From Antedon mediterranea (Eukaryota > Animalia > Echinodermata): DNA of 64,000 bases. A model generated the notes under the pieces. That model did no database searches. It had not been told where the DNA came from and saw only the letters and a list, made by a program, of their open reading frames with translations. The DNA lies in NCBI RefSeq assembly GCF_964355755.1, contig NC_092674.1, positions 25,978,001-26,042,000 on the forward strand, in the 5' to 3' direction. Shown here piece by piece: positions 12,701 to 27,700 of this stretch (position 1 is its first letter; each line of letters starts with the position of its first letter). A program made the translations under genes and the position numbers.

Positions 12701-15700
12701 AAACACACATTAATAATAATAAGATTATTCCAAAGGCAAATTACTAAAAAATGACAATGCTGTCGGTATCAGTGGCTAGATCTCAATGGAGATACAAATA
12801 AAATAAGAAATAAGCTAAATCAAAACGGTAAATTAAAACTGACCAGCTTTCTGAAAAAAAAAATATTCCTTCATCATATTCAACATTAAAAATGTATTAT
12901 TATATTGTCTGTATTAATTTCTAATCTACATTATATACAATATGATTTCCTTTTGTATAATTATTGTACTGAAATATGAATTGTTTAATAACACAAGAAT
13001 GTTAGTCTCATATCAAAGAGAAACAAACAAACAAAAGTGTCAACTAAAAATGAGCAGTCTTGAATGTAACATATGTTTTTTTGTGGTTAAAAAAACATAC
13101 AATTATCCTCTAATTTAAGAAAAATACAACAGATAAAAATCACATAACATCAAAACTATTTGTATGTTCATTCACAAGTGATTCAGACAGGCTTGAAGTC
13201 TTTTAATCTCATATCATAAATCACTATCAGATTTATACTAATTTCTCTTCCTCATGATGTCACTAAATGTCAACACCTATCCATATCCATGTCGTACATT
13301 TCACAGTAACTCAACATTGAAATATTTCATTTTTTTTTATAGACCATTTTATTTTATCGCATTTATTGCATATAAACAAGATCTAAATCCTCTTTTAAAA
13401 GGTTTAAATAAGATTACACATGACAATATACAAATTGTGGGATTGTTACGGATTTAAATCGAGCATTTACGAACAGATTAGAAACTGGAATTGATGAATT
13501 ACCGGAAGGTGAAACTCAATTCTGTGAAGCACAATAATATATTCATTTATCATGGAGCTACTAAAAATACAATTTTAATACCATGATCCAAACAAGTTGT
13601 TTTGAAAAACACCAGTAACATAATAATAGATTTGCTATGGGATTTAAAACAGGCATATATGTGATAGATACTATCAGGGGCAGGTTCAGTGGGAATACTT
13701 TTTGACAGCTAAAATTAATTTATGGACTATTACTTTTTGATATCAATTTTTTTTATTTCATACCATCCAACAGCTAGTAACTCGCCAATCACAGGATGGA
13801 TAAACTATTTTATAGTTTATTGTATTCATTTGAGGCTTAGAGAGTGGAATTGAAAAAGTTGTGACTAACAACTCTGGCACTAGGTCAGGATTGAACTCTG
13901 GACCTTGGGATTGGAATGCAAGAATAATAACCAAGCTACAGCTCTAAATGTTTAAAACACTCCCCCATTTGAAAAAATCCTAGATACACTCGGACTACAG
14001 AGCTTACAATGAAATGATAAAAGAGGTAGGGGAAACCCCTGTCTGGGTAGGGGAAACCCTGTCTGGGTAGGGGAACCCCCTGTCTGGGTAGAGAAAACCC
14101 TGTCTGGGTAGAGAAAACCCTGTCTGGGTAGGGGAAACCCGGGTAAGATAAATTTAAAAGTTGAATAATGAAGAGTTTTACATGATCTATTACATCCATT
14201 TGCAGTAAGTAGTTAATTCATTATGGGCTTAATATACGTCGTAATCAAATAGCTGTGATAATTGTGAACAGATCGGCTTACATTTCTAGTCAAATACTCA
14301 TACTATACTTCAGGGAATTTATTGGTATTTGAGGCTGGGAATTTATTGATTTTTGACATTCAACAGAAAATTTTATCTACACAGTGGTATTTGAATGACA
14401 AGAGAGACAAGTGCAGTAATTGTGTATTACTTCTTTCAATACATGAGGTGTATGCTTTCAGTTAATGATAGAAAATAACATTATGTAAATCATGTACAAA
14501 TTATATGTAAAAAAAAAACATCAAGTTGTTGGGCTTGTTCATTTCTGGTTTGCCGTCAGTTTTTCAGAATTCATCTAATATAGTTTTAGTAGAATTAAAT
14601 TTTTTTTTTAAAATCAAAGATTCCTGGTTCAAATCGTGGTTGGGCCGCTTTCTATCATTCTCACAGATTTCCTTATCTTACCTGAAAAACACTCCTATGG
14701 AACACCCCCTCTAATAACAGGACACTTTCATGTGAACCAAACAATATGTTTCGACACTAGAGCCTTGTAAACCTTGTAGACATCTGTTAAAGGAACAATT
14801 TATTTGGTCCCGAAGGTGTCCCCTTAATAGAGGTTCTATATTCATACTTACATCAGGTACTGCTTTTAACGTTGTTACAATATTATCCAGAATGAATGAG
14901 AATGCTACCTGATCATCGTCATCTAACAATGGGTTTATCTTCTTCTCAATTCGAAGGTATTTATCTTTTTTCTAACATAAAAAATAAAAAAAAATCTTTA
15001 TCGGTGTGTGAATACACCCTTTAAAATACTAGTTATTAAAACAATAAAGATATTTTAAAGAAATATTTCATATAATGCTATCATGAAACTGTTTTAAAAT
15101 AAAAAAAGAAAAGAAAGACATTAGGCCGATGCAGCCATAAGTTGTTTATTGCGATATATACTGGTTTATTAAAAAGAAACAACAAGATTACAACATATAA
15201 TTATTTAAATACTAAAAATAAATGGATCTATCCAGTTTTAAATCTCTTTTGTTGTTATAAATGAACAATACATAAATCCACTAAGACTTCAGACTGACTT
15301 TAGTCATAAGTTGTTATTGTGATAGTCCTGGTTTATTAAACTAAAAACAAGATTACATCATCAATTTTTTATAAAAAAAAGGTTGGATCTATCCAGACAG
15401 TGCATATTTAAATTGTTTAAATCTATTCCAATTAGCGTAAAGGTAGCATAAATACATTAATATTAACTATTCACTGATTAAATACATTTAGATTTTAATG
15501 TTTTGTCACCAAAAAAAATGTAAATACCTTTACCTTAAAACAAAAGTTCAAGCAGTTTTATCTACTAGTACTAGGAAATATCTTACAACCTCAAACAAAC
15601 CTTGGTGATATTTTAAAAATATTTGACTTAGACATCCTGAACATAAAAATGGGAGGGCGGGTGAAATATGAAATACTATTACTATTAACATCAATGAAAA

Positions 15701-18700
15701 CGGTTGATATCCATTTTTGAATATGAAAAACTTTAACAAAACTTTTCCTTTCTACAAAAATCTGTCTACCCTCAAAAAAACACCTGTAGAACCATTGTTG
15801 TAAATGCTCAATTGTTGTAAATGCTCAATTGTTGTAAATGCTCAATTGTTGTAAATGCTCAATTGTTGTAAATGCTCAATTGTTGTAAATGCTCAATTGT
15901 TGTAAATGCTCAATTGTTGTAAATGCTCAATTGTTGTAAATGCTCAATTGTTGTAAATGCTCAATTGTTGTAAATGCTCAATTGTTGTAAATGCTCAATT
16001 GTTGTAAATGCTCAATTGTTGTAAATGCTCAATTGTTGTAAATGCTCAATTGTTGTAAATGCTCAATTGTTGTAAATGCTCAATTTTCAACAACAAAAAC
16101 ATACAGTATTCATAGAACATGCATTATAATAACATATGAGGCAAAAAAAAAATTTGAAGAAGTAAATTAAAGCAAATATTATGGAAGAAAAACAGTTTTA
16201 AAAATACATATTTTATATCTACCTGCTCAATTTGACCCAATTTTGAAATTTAATCTTATGCCTTTTTTGGAATTTCTAAAAAGGCATATAAACTTTCTGA
16301 ACAGAACAGACAACTTACCTCGTCGAGCTTCTTGAGACAGACTGCATGCATGTTCTTTGCGATGATTGTCATCGGACTTTTTTCACCATTGTACAGGATA
16401 CTATTATCGACAATTTGCTGCGAATCGGCCACAAATTGATCCCTGCACTGGTACTTCCGTTTTCTCAAATTCTAAAGAATTGAAAACAAATGTCAAATGT
16501 AAGGAAACAATTTGAGTACGGATTTCGGTAGGTAAATTCGCCAGTAGACCCCAGACAAAATTAAGTTGTAAAAGTCTCCTTCCCAAGGGAATTGTGGGTA
16601 TTATTCAAAACAACTGATGAGTGTAAGGGTTTGGTAAAGCTGCCAGAAAATGTGGGGCACCAAAAGCTAAGTTTTCGATTTCTCCAGAGACCTGTGGTTA
16701 CAAGTTTATAACATTATTATTCGGTGTGGACAAGATCGATAAGCGAGTCTGGCCACTTGTACGATTCCTAACCTAGCATGGGAACTCGTCACATTTTACG
16801 CATTTCCTTACAACTTAATAAATAACTTAAAAAGAATGCACTGCAAATTAAATGTGATAGACGAAAACCCTAAAGAGGGTTTTGAATGTTCCACATGCAT
16901 CTAAGCTTCTTAGAATTTATTTTTTTTTTACAATAATATAATCACACATGTTTTAAACATGAATTCCCATATGTGATTTATCTTTATCATAGGATATGAG
17001 CAATTAAAGGTGTTATTCATTCATACAAGATTTTATAATAAAAACACCTTGCAATGTACCTTTAAAAATAAATAAAAGTTACATAATAAACTCTTTTTTT
17101 AAACAATAATATAATCACACATGTTTAAACAAAAAATCCCATATGTGATGTATCATTACAAACCAGAAATGAAGTCACACATCGGATATGAGCAATTAAA
17201 GGTGTTATTTATTCATACTAGATTTTATAATAAAAAATTAAAATACACTTTGCAAATGTACCTATAAAAATAAAAGTTACATAATAAACATTTGTTAATG
17301 TTGATTTCGTGTTTACTGCTGGTACACCAGGTCAAAATGGTTTAGAGTTTTGTTCTAATAACCAACAATATTGGAGTGAGTTCACTAAAAATTCAGTTCA
17401 CAAACAAAATGGCAACCTAAAACATGTTAGAGTACCTACTTTACCATTTTGTGGCAACACTATACTTCTTCTAAATTAGTAGTTTACAGTACATCTGGTG
17501 TACACAAAATATTTACAATTACAGAAAGGAGTCTCCTTAATTTAAAAAAAAAGTTGGGACAGATTGAGACGAAAGTCTGCCTCTCTCCATTTGTAGTACA
17601 TGTGTTTGATACAGTATTGTTTTTATTTTTTTATTAAAAAGAAAAAAAAAACCTTTGTTGAACCCAAGTTCACAATGGCCTTTTGACTTAATCCTATTTG
17701 ACAGTTTAACAGGTGAAGACATAAGGATTATTTTAAATGATCAATGGGAGAAAAAAACAAGAAAAAAACTAAACAATAGAATTCAGAAGAAAAAATGTTT
17801 ACAGAACATTAGAAAAAGAAATAGAAAAAAAAGACAAAGACTTTTAGATTTGGTGATTTTTTAATAGAAAGCATACAGTACATGATAAACTGATTTGAAC
17901 TTGATCTTGTTTTTTTTTCTCTTTTTTTAAACTAAACTAGAACAATAGAAAACAGCAGCCATGTAATAACTCATGAATTCATCAACTGCAAATTAAAAAA
18001 TTGTTTGAAAATGTGGAATTTGACAAGCTTTTTTTTAATGAGAAAAAATAAAACAGAATGCATTCAAAATTGGAAACTTGAAACCTGTAACAAAGGGTTT
18101 TATTTTTGTTTTGTTTTTTTTGCAGTACAAAAAATCGCAATCTTTAGCACAGTAATCAATGTCTATGGAATAGAATATGAAAAAAATACCTCTTATGGGA
18201 CACACTCCTTACTCAGAGAAAACCCCTATTGAGGAGATATTTTTCTGTAAAACAAACTACGGGGAAATATATGTTTTGACACGACAGCGTACACCTATTC
18301 AACAGACAACCCTACAGTATATAAGGGAACAAATTTTGTGGTCCCAAACAGTCCCATTTATAGAGGTTCTAGTTCTATTGTAAATAATAAACAATAAAAA
18401 GAAAAATGATTCATTGTCAAAGTTATTAATAAATTCAACTTTAAATATGAATGTAAAGCTCTGTCTACACTATCAAACTAGTTTGACAAAAAAAGGTGTG
18501 ATGTGCGCAAATAGGGTAGTGATATGACATCATCATGTCCATACATGGGCACATCACATAAAGTTTGATAGTATAGACAATGCTTAAAACTAGGTGTACA
18601 ACCATTGAGGAGGTCAAGAAATAGATTGAGATAGAATATGACAATCCACTAATAGTGAACTTCCTTAAGTGACTCCCTAGGGGAAGTGCCCCAGACTGGT

Positions 18701-21700
18701 CACGGAATGTACATTATTAAAAACATACATGAACATTGTCGTTAGGTAGGTACGGCTTAAACTAATATTTCAGTGGGAAAAAAAATGCAAAATTGCCAGA
18801 ATTAATTTAGTATCAAAGAAAAGTTTGATCGTTTGATCCAACAAACAGTTAACTCTGTCCTATTGTATAATTAATTTCCTGGAGAGTGAAATTGAATATA
18901 TTTTATGTCAAATTCAATCAGAAAATATTCAAAAGTATTATAATGTGTAATGTTTTATTATTGATTTGATTGTTTTTAATTTGAATGTTTATTATTCATA
19001 AAAATGACTTTGAAGTCATTATCACAGCACTTGCTGTTTCATACATTATTTATGAGAACCTAAAAAGATTTAATTTGCCACTAGCAACACTTTCATATGT
19101 ACAGTGTATTTTATGAATATATATGTACTATAATGTACTGTTTTTAACATTTTGTGACCAAAAGGCTTTCAATTCATGCTATGGATAAACATAGTATATC
19201 ATTTTTTCTCCCCATTCATTCTATATTCAAAATACATAAATTCCATATTATTTTGGGATATCCCTATTTAGGGGATACCTCTATTAAGGGGATACTTTCC
19301 AGTAAAACATGGTATAGATGAAAAGAGTGATAATACTTTAATATCATTTTTGTTCGTTCATACTAATATTCAAAATACATAAATTTCATTTTATTTAGTA
19401 GAACAACTTAGTAACAATAAAAACTTATTCAGGAACACTTCTATTAAAGCGGTGGAACTCCTATGAAACAAACATTGTCAATAAATGTTTAAACGCTACT
19501 TGAGTTGCAATGGTGTCCCCTTAATAGGGGTTACAGTAAATTGTTATTATTTTAAATAATATAGTAAAATAAATTTATATACAATTGCAATGCTAGTGCT
19601 TCTTTTTTTAAAGTTTCAGATCATATAAGTTTCAACAGTTGAAATAAATTATAAATAAAATATGACATATGACACTACTGCTGCATCGTTAAACATAACA
19701 CCTAACATAAGATGTGAGTTTACAGGTAATCGGAAATCAGCAATGAATAATGCTGTCTGTCACCTGCATGACAGTTCAAACATAGCTAATCATCCTAATG
19801 ACAGTTAAGCCTACCATCGCTAATCCATTTATAATTTCCATCGCAAATTCTTGAATTGCTTATAGCTAATAATTTGTTGAAGCAACGACGAAAGAAATCA
19901 ATAAATATGGAATGGAATAAAATGTCATTCAAATGCAAATTCCTTCTGGGAATTAATGATTTATAATATATGTGATTTATATTGCTTGTAAAAATTCCTT
20001 TGACTAATTCTATTAGTTTTTCACATTCATTTTTTGGTTAGAGATAGGATGACTAATTAAACAATCGATAAATATTGCCTCGTGATTTGATTTCAGTACT
20101 TACAGTACTTAAACTAACTGACATTACAGAGAAATACATTCATAGAGGATTTTAAGAAGAGAAGGGCATAAAAAGGTGAAACTTATAATCATAAAACAGA
20201 TTGTCTCTGGTTGTAATATTCAGAGTGTGTGTAGTATTTTCTTTTGAAGTGAGGGGGAGGGAAGGAGTGGGAAAATAAAGGAGGGAAAGGAATGATTGAG
20301 AGAAGGCATGAATGGTAAAATAAATGAGGGGGGAAGGAATGAGAAATGAATGAGGGGAAAGGAAGGAGTTGGAAAATGAAGGAGAAGAAACGATGGAAGG
20401 AAAGAGAGGGAAAATGAATCAGGGGAAGGAGTGGGAAAATGAAGGAGGAGGAAGATAGGGGTTGGAAAGAGTGGGAAAATGAAGAAGAAAAGAAAAGATG
20501 GAGGGAAGGGATGAATGGGCAAAAGAATGAGGGCAAAGGAGTGGAAAATTAATGAGAGATAGGCGGAAGGAAGTAGTGGGAAAATGATGGAGAAAAGATG
20601 GAGAAAAGGAATGAATTAGGGAAAAGGAGTGGAAAATGAAGGGGATAAGAAAAGGAAAGAGTGGGAGAATAGAGGGAAGAAGAAAGAAGAAAGAATGAGT
20701 AGGCAAAGAGGTCTCAACTTGCCCACACATGAAAGGACAAAATACTGAATATGTTTAAAACTGCAAACTTACGTCTCTCATTGACTGTAAATCCATCGGT
20801 TTTGCCACAATGTTGTAGTAGTCTGGGATTTTTTTGGCATTCACAGGGTGATGAAATGGTTCACTCTGTAAAAGATAAACAAGCACATTGTAGAACAATA
20901 AACAAGGCTAAGGGTGAACAATGTCTGAGTTACTATAAGAAGACAAATATCAATGTTTATGAATTGCAGCAAAATTAAAAGATTTATTTAGTCTTGGAAT
21001 AGGTAAAATACCTCAGGTCTGGCATGGCAAATACACACTAGTTATATGTTTGTCATACACCATGCGTTTCTAAAAGTATGGTTGGGAATGTCTCTACAAT
21101 TTGGTTGTTATGCTATTTTAAGAATAAATCTCCTATGTCGGATACACAACATCAAATCTTATCAGCTCTGCTACAGTGATTTAGTTACACTAAAGGCCAA
21201 CTCAGACAGCGTACGTAGGCCTGACGATGAGGCCTGACGAGTCACCTTGACTTGCCGGTGCTGTCAGAGATACAACGTCTTGAGATAGATTTGGCCGTAG
21301 TTGATCCTGGTCTCATCAAATTTCATTTTTTTTGTTATGTAAATATTGAAAAGGACCAAATAAATAATGAAATGCAATTCCCTATAATACAATGACCCAT
21401 CCCCTATATTATGTCTAATGGTGTGGTCAGTGGGAAGAGTACACTTACATAATTGACCTCTCGCATGCTGTTAAGTATTTCTTCAAGCATTGATGACAGA
21501 GCTACCACAGGATCAATTCTACGTCTCACCATATTCTGCCTCGGTTTCTGAAAATGAAATTGAATAAGAATGTTAATCAAATGTAGGGAGACTGTAATAA
21601 TATAAGTATTAGAATAGAGTACAACCCCTATTAAGGAGACACCCTCAGGACCAAAAGTGATCCCTTAATAGAGGGGTGTTTCTACTCCATATGTATGATA

Positions 21701-24700
21701 TGTATTTTTATTTTAATATGAGCGAGTGAATGGCTGAGCGGTTAAGACAGTGGAATCGTAATTGAGACATACCTTAAGATAATCAAAGTCTGTGCCACCA
21801 TCATAGTTCCTCTTCTTTTTCTTGGGCAAACTTTCTTTAGGAAATCGGAGCACTAAAGATTTTCGACGCACTTTGTTGTGACTGAAAAAAAAACATTTCA
21901 ACACATGGTTCAGTGGACAATTAATAATAATTAATAATGATAGAACATAACTTTTACATTGTGACGTACAAATAATACAATACAAATTAACGGGTAGCTT
22001 TGGATTTTTAAAATAAGTTTTATTAAACAATAGAAACTTTATACATGCCAGGTACGGGCAAAACATTTCTATTGATCATACATTCCAATAATTATCGATC
22101 TATAGTTTCCCCTATGTTTCATCATTTTTAGGATTTTATTTGTGTTACACAAGCTTGTTGAAAATAAGCACTTTCTTATCAGTGGGAGGGGAGGGGGTAG
22201 TTCAAATTACATAGTAAAATCTCTATTCTTTTGTACACAAATTTTGTAAATAGAGGCATTTTTAAAAGCTATGAAAAATAAACGGTGTGGTAAAAAATGT
22301 TATCAGATGACTAAATATAGGTAATATAACTTGAATATTACATCTCTGGTATTTTTATTCAACTTCAGATTTTCATTTTCATGCTATAGCAAAAATTATC
22401 CACCGTATATCCACCACCTTTTTTCACTTTCTAGGGAGTCACCAGACATGTTATTACATTGATTAACTACCTAACTACTGAAAAAAGGTCTTCCTGGTTT
22501 TTATGGAAGAATTTTGCCAAATTTTGTATTTGACCTTATTAAGGGAAATTCATGTTTTTTCGTCTCGATTTCTGTTACAAATATTTGATTTATGTACAAT
22601 TAACCAAATATTATATTTAAAATTCATGCCTGTACCTGAGCTTTAAAATTAAAATCTCAGATATTACTATTATCATTATTATTATACTAAGTCATTCTTA
22701 TACAGCGCTATATGCACAAAGCATTGAAGCGCTTTACGTTGTTACCCTAGTCAGTTTTGGATCAAACATGAATGGAAACATACTCCCAGCAGCCTCAGCA
22801 CAGTTGTGTTTGACCTTACCAGGTACTTAATTGTACACCTGGGTGGAAGGAGGCAAACGTAAGTAAAGTGTCTTGCCTTAGTGTATAATTAATGCGACGA
22901 GCGTTGGGCTTGAACTCACGATCAGTAAAAATTAAAATATAGATTATTATATTTACTTACTGTTCGACAACAGACTTTAGAAGTGTTATCTTGGTTCCCT
23001 CTGTTTTTACTAACTCATCTTCATCAATTCGTTTCTCTTCAATCTCCTCCTGTTCCTCCGTCATGGCAACCACAACCGGGAACACATCTTTCTGAGCTTT
23101 GTTGTAAAGAGGGCAGTCTTTATTGGTTCTCATGTGACCAATCTGGCCACAGGCACCGCATTTCAACTGCAAAAACACACAATATAAATCACTTTATAAA
23201 TATCTGACCACAACTAATACTTCACTAGAGTTTAAAACTATAAAAGCAACCAAGCGTGACAAACCTCTGCACATGCTCACACACAATGCGGTAGCTCCCC
23301 ATGTCTATGCACATGGAATTTTGAGTAGTTAGTACCTCAACACTATAAACTAGTAAACAAATACAGCACATATAACTTTTGACCTTTGATTATGAAGTTA
23401 GTTAACCTTTGACCCTAAAACTTGCCTTAACCTTTGACTCTGGGCGTTCTTTCTTTTTCTTAGGTTTCTTCGGTGGCGGCGGATTAATTTTCTCTTTTGC
23501 AGCTTTCTCTTGATTTCGTTTAATTCTCCGCAACTGTTCTTGTATTCTCCTTCGTTCCTTCTTCATTTCTTCTCTATGTTGTTCATCATGTAATGCAAAC
23601 TGTTTGCTGTTTGAAAAAAAAACAAAATTATTAGAGATATAGTAAAACCTCTATTAAGGGGACACTTTTAGGACCTAACAAAGTGTCTCCTTAATATGGA
23701 TATCCCTTGAATAGTGTTGGCTGTGATGTTAAAACATATAATTTCCTTTAATAGGGATGTTCCCTGAATAGAGGTTCTACTGTCTTCTTGCCAATTATAC
23801 ACAATTCAGCCTTGTGCTGCCACATACGCCGTTATATAATTATAATTCCTGTTGTTTGATTGGATGATTGTGGGTCACATGGTGTGCAATAGTACTAAAA
23901 AGTAACTTACATGTAAGCCTCGTCCTTGGTCTGCCTGATTCTTACATATGTATCTATAACTTCAGGTTTTGTTACCATTTCTGTCCTTACAAACTCAACC
24001 CCATGCTCATCTCGAAACGTACGGTATATTTTTAGTGGTCTACCAGTCTAGAATAAAAATAAGATTAAACACTTTTCCAATTTGATTCTATTTAACTGTG
24101 TATGTCATGTTGATGACTAAGGCTGGGACACCTGTCACAATATATCTACTAAAATGATAACGATCCGGACGCACCAATGATAAATTATGAAAATGTATTT
24201 TAAGAATTACATATAATTTACATTTACGGTTGAACTTTAAAGGGACAGTAGTGTTTTTTTAAGGTTAAAGTGTTCCGTTAGTAGAGCTATTTATATATAG
24301 TTGGCACAGCCGATAGCTACAGTGTGCACCGGGCTTTAGTAATTAATGTAAATTAGTAATGGATATTTTAACCAGTCCAAGACAAGACCTAAGTGTCTTT
24401 ACCTTGTACAGTTTATATTTTTCACTTATACTTATATTAATTAGATAACTTCTTCATTTTGGCTGTGCATATTACAAGGGTGGGTGGGTTATATCTTTAT
24501 TAATGTAAATTGTGAATTTTTGTATTGTGAATATTTATTGTGAATATATTTTTATTCATTTATGTTCTTTCAATATTATTATGTGTATGTTATTGTGTTT
24601 TTATTGTAAAGGTAGTACACGTTTTTTTCAGGCTCTGCCTTTAGTTGTACGTCCTCCATCTTAATTTGTATTTTATGTTCGTTATGATGGAAAATAAAAA

Positions 24701-27700
24701 TGGATTGATTTTATTTACCAGTGATGAGCTAAAACTGTGAACAGAGCCACCATCATCATCTTTAAAGTCACCAGAAGGTCCACCAGCAGATGTGCCATCG
24801 TTTGACCTCTTCATCTTTGAATCCTGAGATTCTGCCATTATCATACGTTTCAATTCTTTTCTTTCCTCTTCCTCTTTCTCATGCGAGATCTGTGAACTGG
24901 TTTTCTTGTTGGTCAACATACTGTCAATATTCTTTCCCATCATCTCGATGTCGCTGTCATCACCAGAGCTGCTGTCCTCATCTGTTGACAGAACCTCGTT
25001 GGATGCCAATACTCTAACAAAAAGAAAATTATACTTTTTCTTTCAAATGGGTCATCCTGTTGACAACCAAGTCATAATGTTGATTTTTATTAGTAAGAAT
25101 AAATCCTGGCATCTCAGAATTTGAACCAAGGATCCTAAAGCTCTGTCTACACTATCAAATTATATGTGACAAAAAAATGTCTGTCTACACTACCATATTT
25201 TGGCACAAACTAGTTTGATAGTGTAGACAGAGCTTTAGATAGCCTATCATAACCATCAATCTACACTTCACTAAAACAAACCACTCATATAGAATCTCAA
25301 CATCACTCACCTATTTTGAAGTTCAAAAATTCTTTGGCAATCATCTTTGTACCGTTCCTGGTGTTCTGCGATACTAAAGCGGTTTCCCCTCGCAAATTTA
25401 CTCATTCCTCCTTCACCAGCTTTCGCCTTTTGTGTTGATAATGTACGCACTACATCGATTACCTCCCAACGAGATAACTTTTTAATCTACAAAACAATTA
25501 AAAATAATCAAATTGTTATCTAAAATAAAATGGTCTATTTGATAATTGAATAAAAAAAAATCAGTTAATTTCAAATTAAATTTTTATTGGGCTGGCTGCT
25601 GGAAAAAATCTAAGTTTGTTAGATTGGAGAGTTTTAGGCTGTATGGAAGAGCTTCAGTCTAAGGTTTAAAGCTCTGTCTACACTACCGTACCAAACTAGA
25701 CAAAAAAAGTGTGATATGACCAAATAGGGTAGTGATATGACCAAAGATGGTAGTGATATGACATCTACATGTTCATATATGGGCACATCACATGTTTTTG
25801 TCACATAAAGTTTGATAGTGTAAACGGAGCTTAAGGGCTGGCTAGGTGGAAAAGTTTTAGGCTGCATGGATGAGCTTTAGTCTAAGGTTTAATGGTTTGC
25901 TAGGTGGGAAGTTTAATGCTGCATGGCGAGGGTTGGCTAGGTGCTGTAGAAGAGTCAGGGAGGATTTAAATACTTTACCTCTTCCTCTGCAACACCAAAT
26001 TTTCTTAGTAGTTGTTTAGCACTTTTTAAATTCAGTCTTCTTAAATCAGCATCTGTACCAGTAACAAGTTTCTTCTCTGGTTGAGGCGACTGCTGATTGT
26101 CCTGTAAATACAAAGATTTTTCATAAACAAAACAGAAATTCAATTTAAAACAACAAGTTATTATTTATTTATACTGAACCTCTTCATTCAAAGACTGGTC
26201 TCCCAGAGGGCCCAGTTATTATCAGTGGCTGTGGCAGTATACCGGGGTAACCCCACCCTACTGTAAAAGGTTCTTGCATATGAGCTAGATGTGTATTACG
26301 CAGGACCTACGGTTTATAGTCCTTATCCGAGAAGTTTTTTGGTGGTTTCTAGGTCCAGACAACGCATTAATTGACCTGACCTTGTTCCTGGTTGTTTTAA
26401 ATCGAAAGCTCACTACTGATGAAGACATAGCATGAACTAACCTTTTGTTGCGTTGGTTTGTTAGGGACCTTCACGTATGAGAATCCTTCTCCACAGCCTG
26501 TAGGATCAGCTGTACCTGTCACCTGCAGCAGACATTTGCCCTTCATGGCTGAGATGAATGCTCGCGTTGTATTCCATGGTGCTGTTTTTACCTGTCAATG
26601 TAAAACAAGTTTAAATTTTAGGCTTCACTTTAGAAATAGATACCAGCAGTAAAAATACAAAAATATCAAGAAATATAAAGCTCGACCTGTCAGGAGGAAA
26701 CATAGCATCCAAGACCATAATCAGCTTAAGCTCTGTCTACACTATCAAACTTTATCACTATCATATTTGGGAACATCACACTTTTTTTGTCAAACTACAT
26801 TTAGTTTAGCATTACATTAGCTATTACAAGCATACAGAAACAAGTCTTTTCAATTTGGGAGAACGCAACACTCCAAGTTTAATACATTTCAACTTCTCCA
26901 AGATAACACAAACACATTGTTTACCTCATCATCTATCTTAGCACTGTCATCTTCATTATCATCTTCTGGAGCGAAGAATGACTTCTCACCATAACCCGCA
27001 TCCTAAAATAAGAAAATGCAAAAAAACTAAGAATAAATGACATCTTTACTACATTTTGGAAAAATTGGTTCAATCCACATAATCCTGTACCATAAAATGT
27101 TCTTGCATGATACTAACTTTAAGCCTTTGTTCTGCAGCCAACATTGAGTAGTAAGCGCAGCATTGCTCAGGAGTCACCAGAGCCCGCATCTCCTCTTCTG
27201 TGGGCAGCCGGAAATCTGGCTTCAACACCCACCAGTTGGAGTCCATTCCTAATAAGGTGACAAAACAACTCCAGATAAAAACACAATATTATACTATCAA
27301 AAGTTCACAGTTCAGTTAAGAGAACCCTTTCTTGGATTTCAAAGGTGTCCTCTTAATACAGGTTCTACTGTGGTATGTTAGTAAATTTAGGGAGATATGT
27401 AAATCCTAACCTGTTCTTTTGAAATCTGCACACAGCTTCAACCTTTTCCTGATGCTGCTCTCAGAATGTGTAGGAAACGCCTTCTTAATGTCTTCCATCT
27501 TAATTCGCTTGATCTTATCTTTACTCTTGTAAAACAATCGATATATAAAAACCTGAAAAATGAATCAATAGCTGCTTCACTAAACTAAAATTAAATTTTG
27601 CAAACAAAGTATTTTACTGCCTTTAATTTTATTATGCAAATCAATTAAAGCGCATGTACAGTATTTAATTCTTTATACACACTTCTTCCTAGAAAAATTT

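Noticed and set aside
20189-20730. 100-115-aa F/P/S/L-rich ORFs
   Set aside because: Translations of the polypyrimidine strand of a low-complexity tract.
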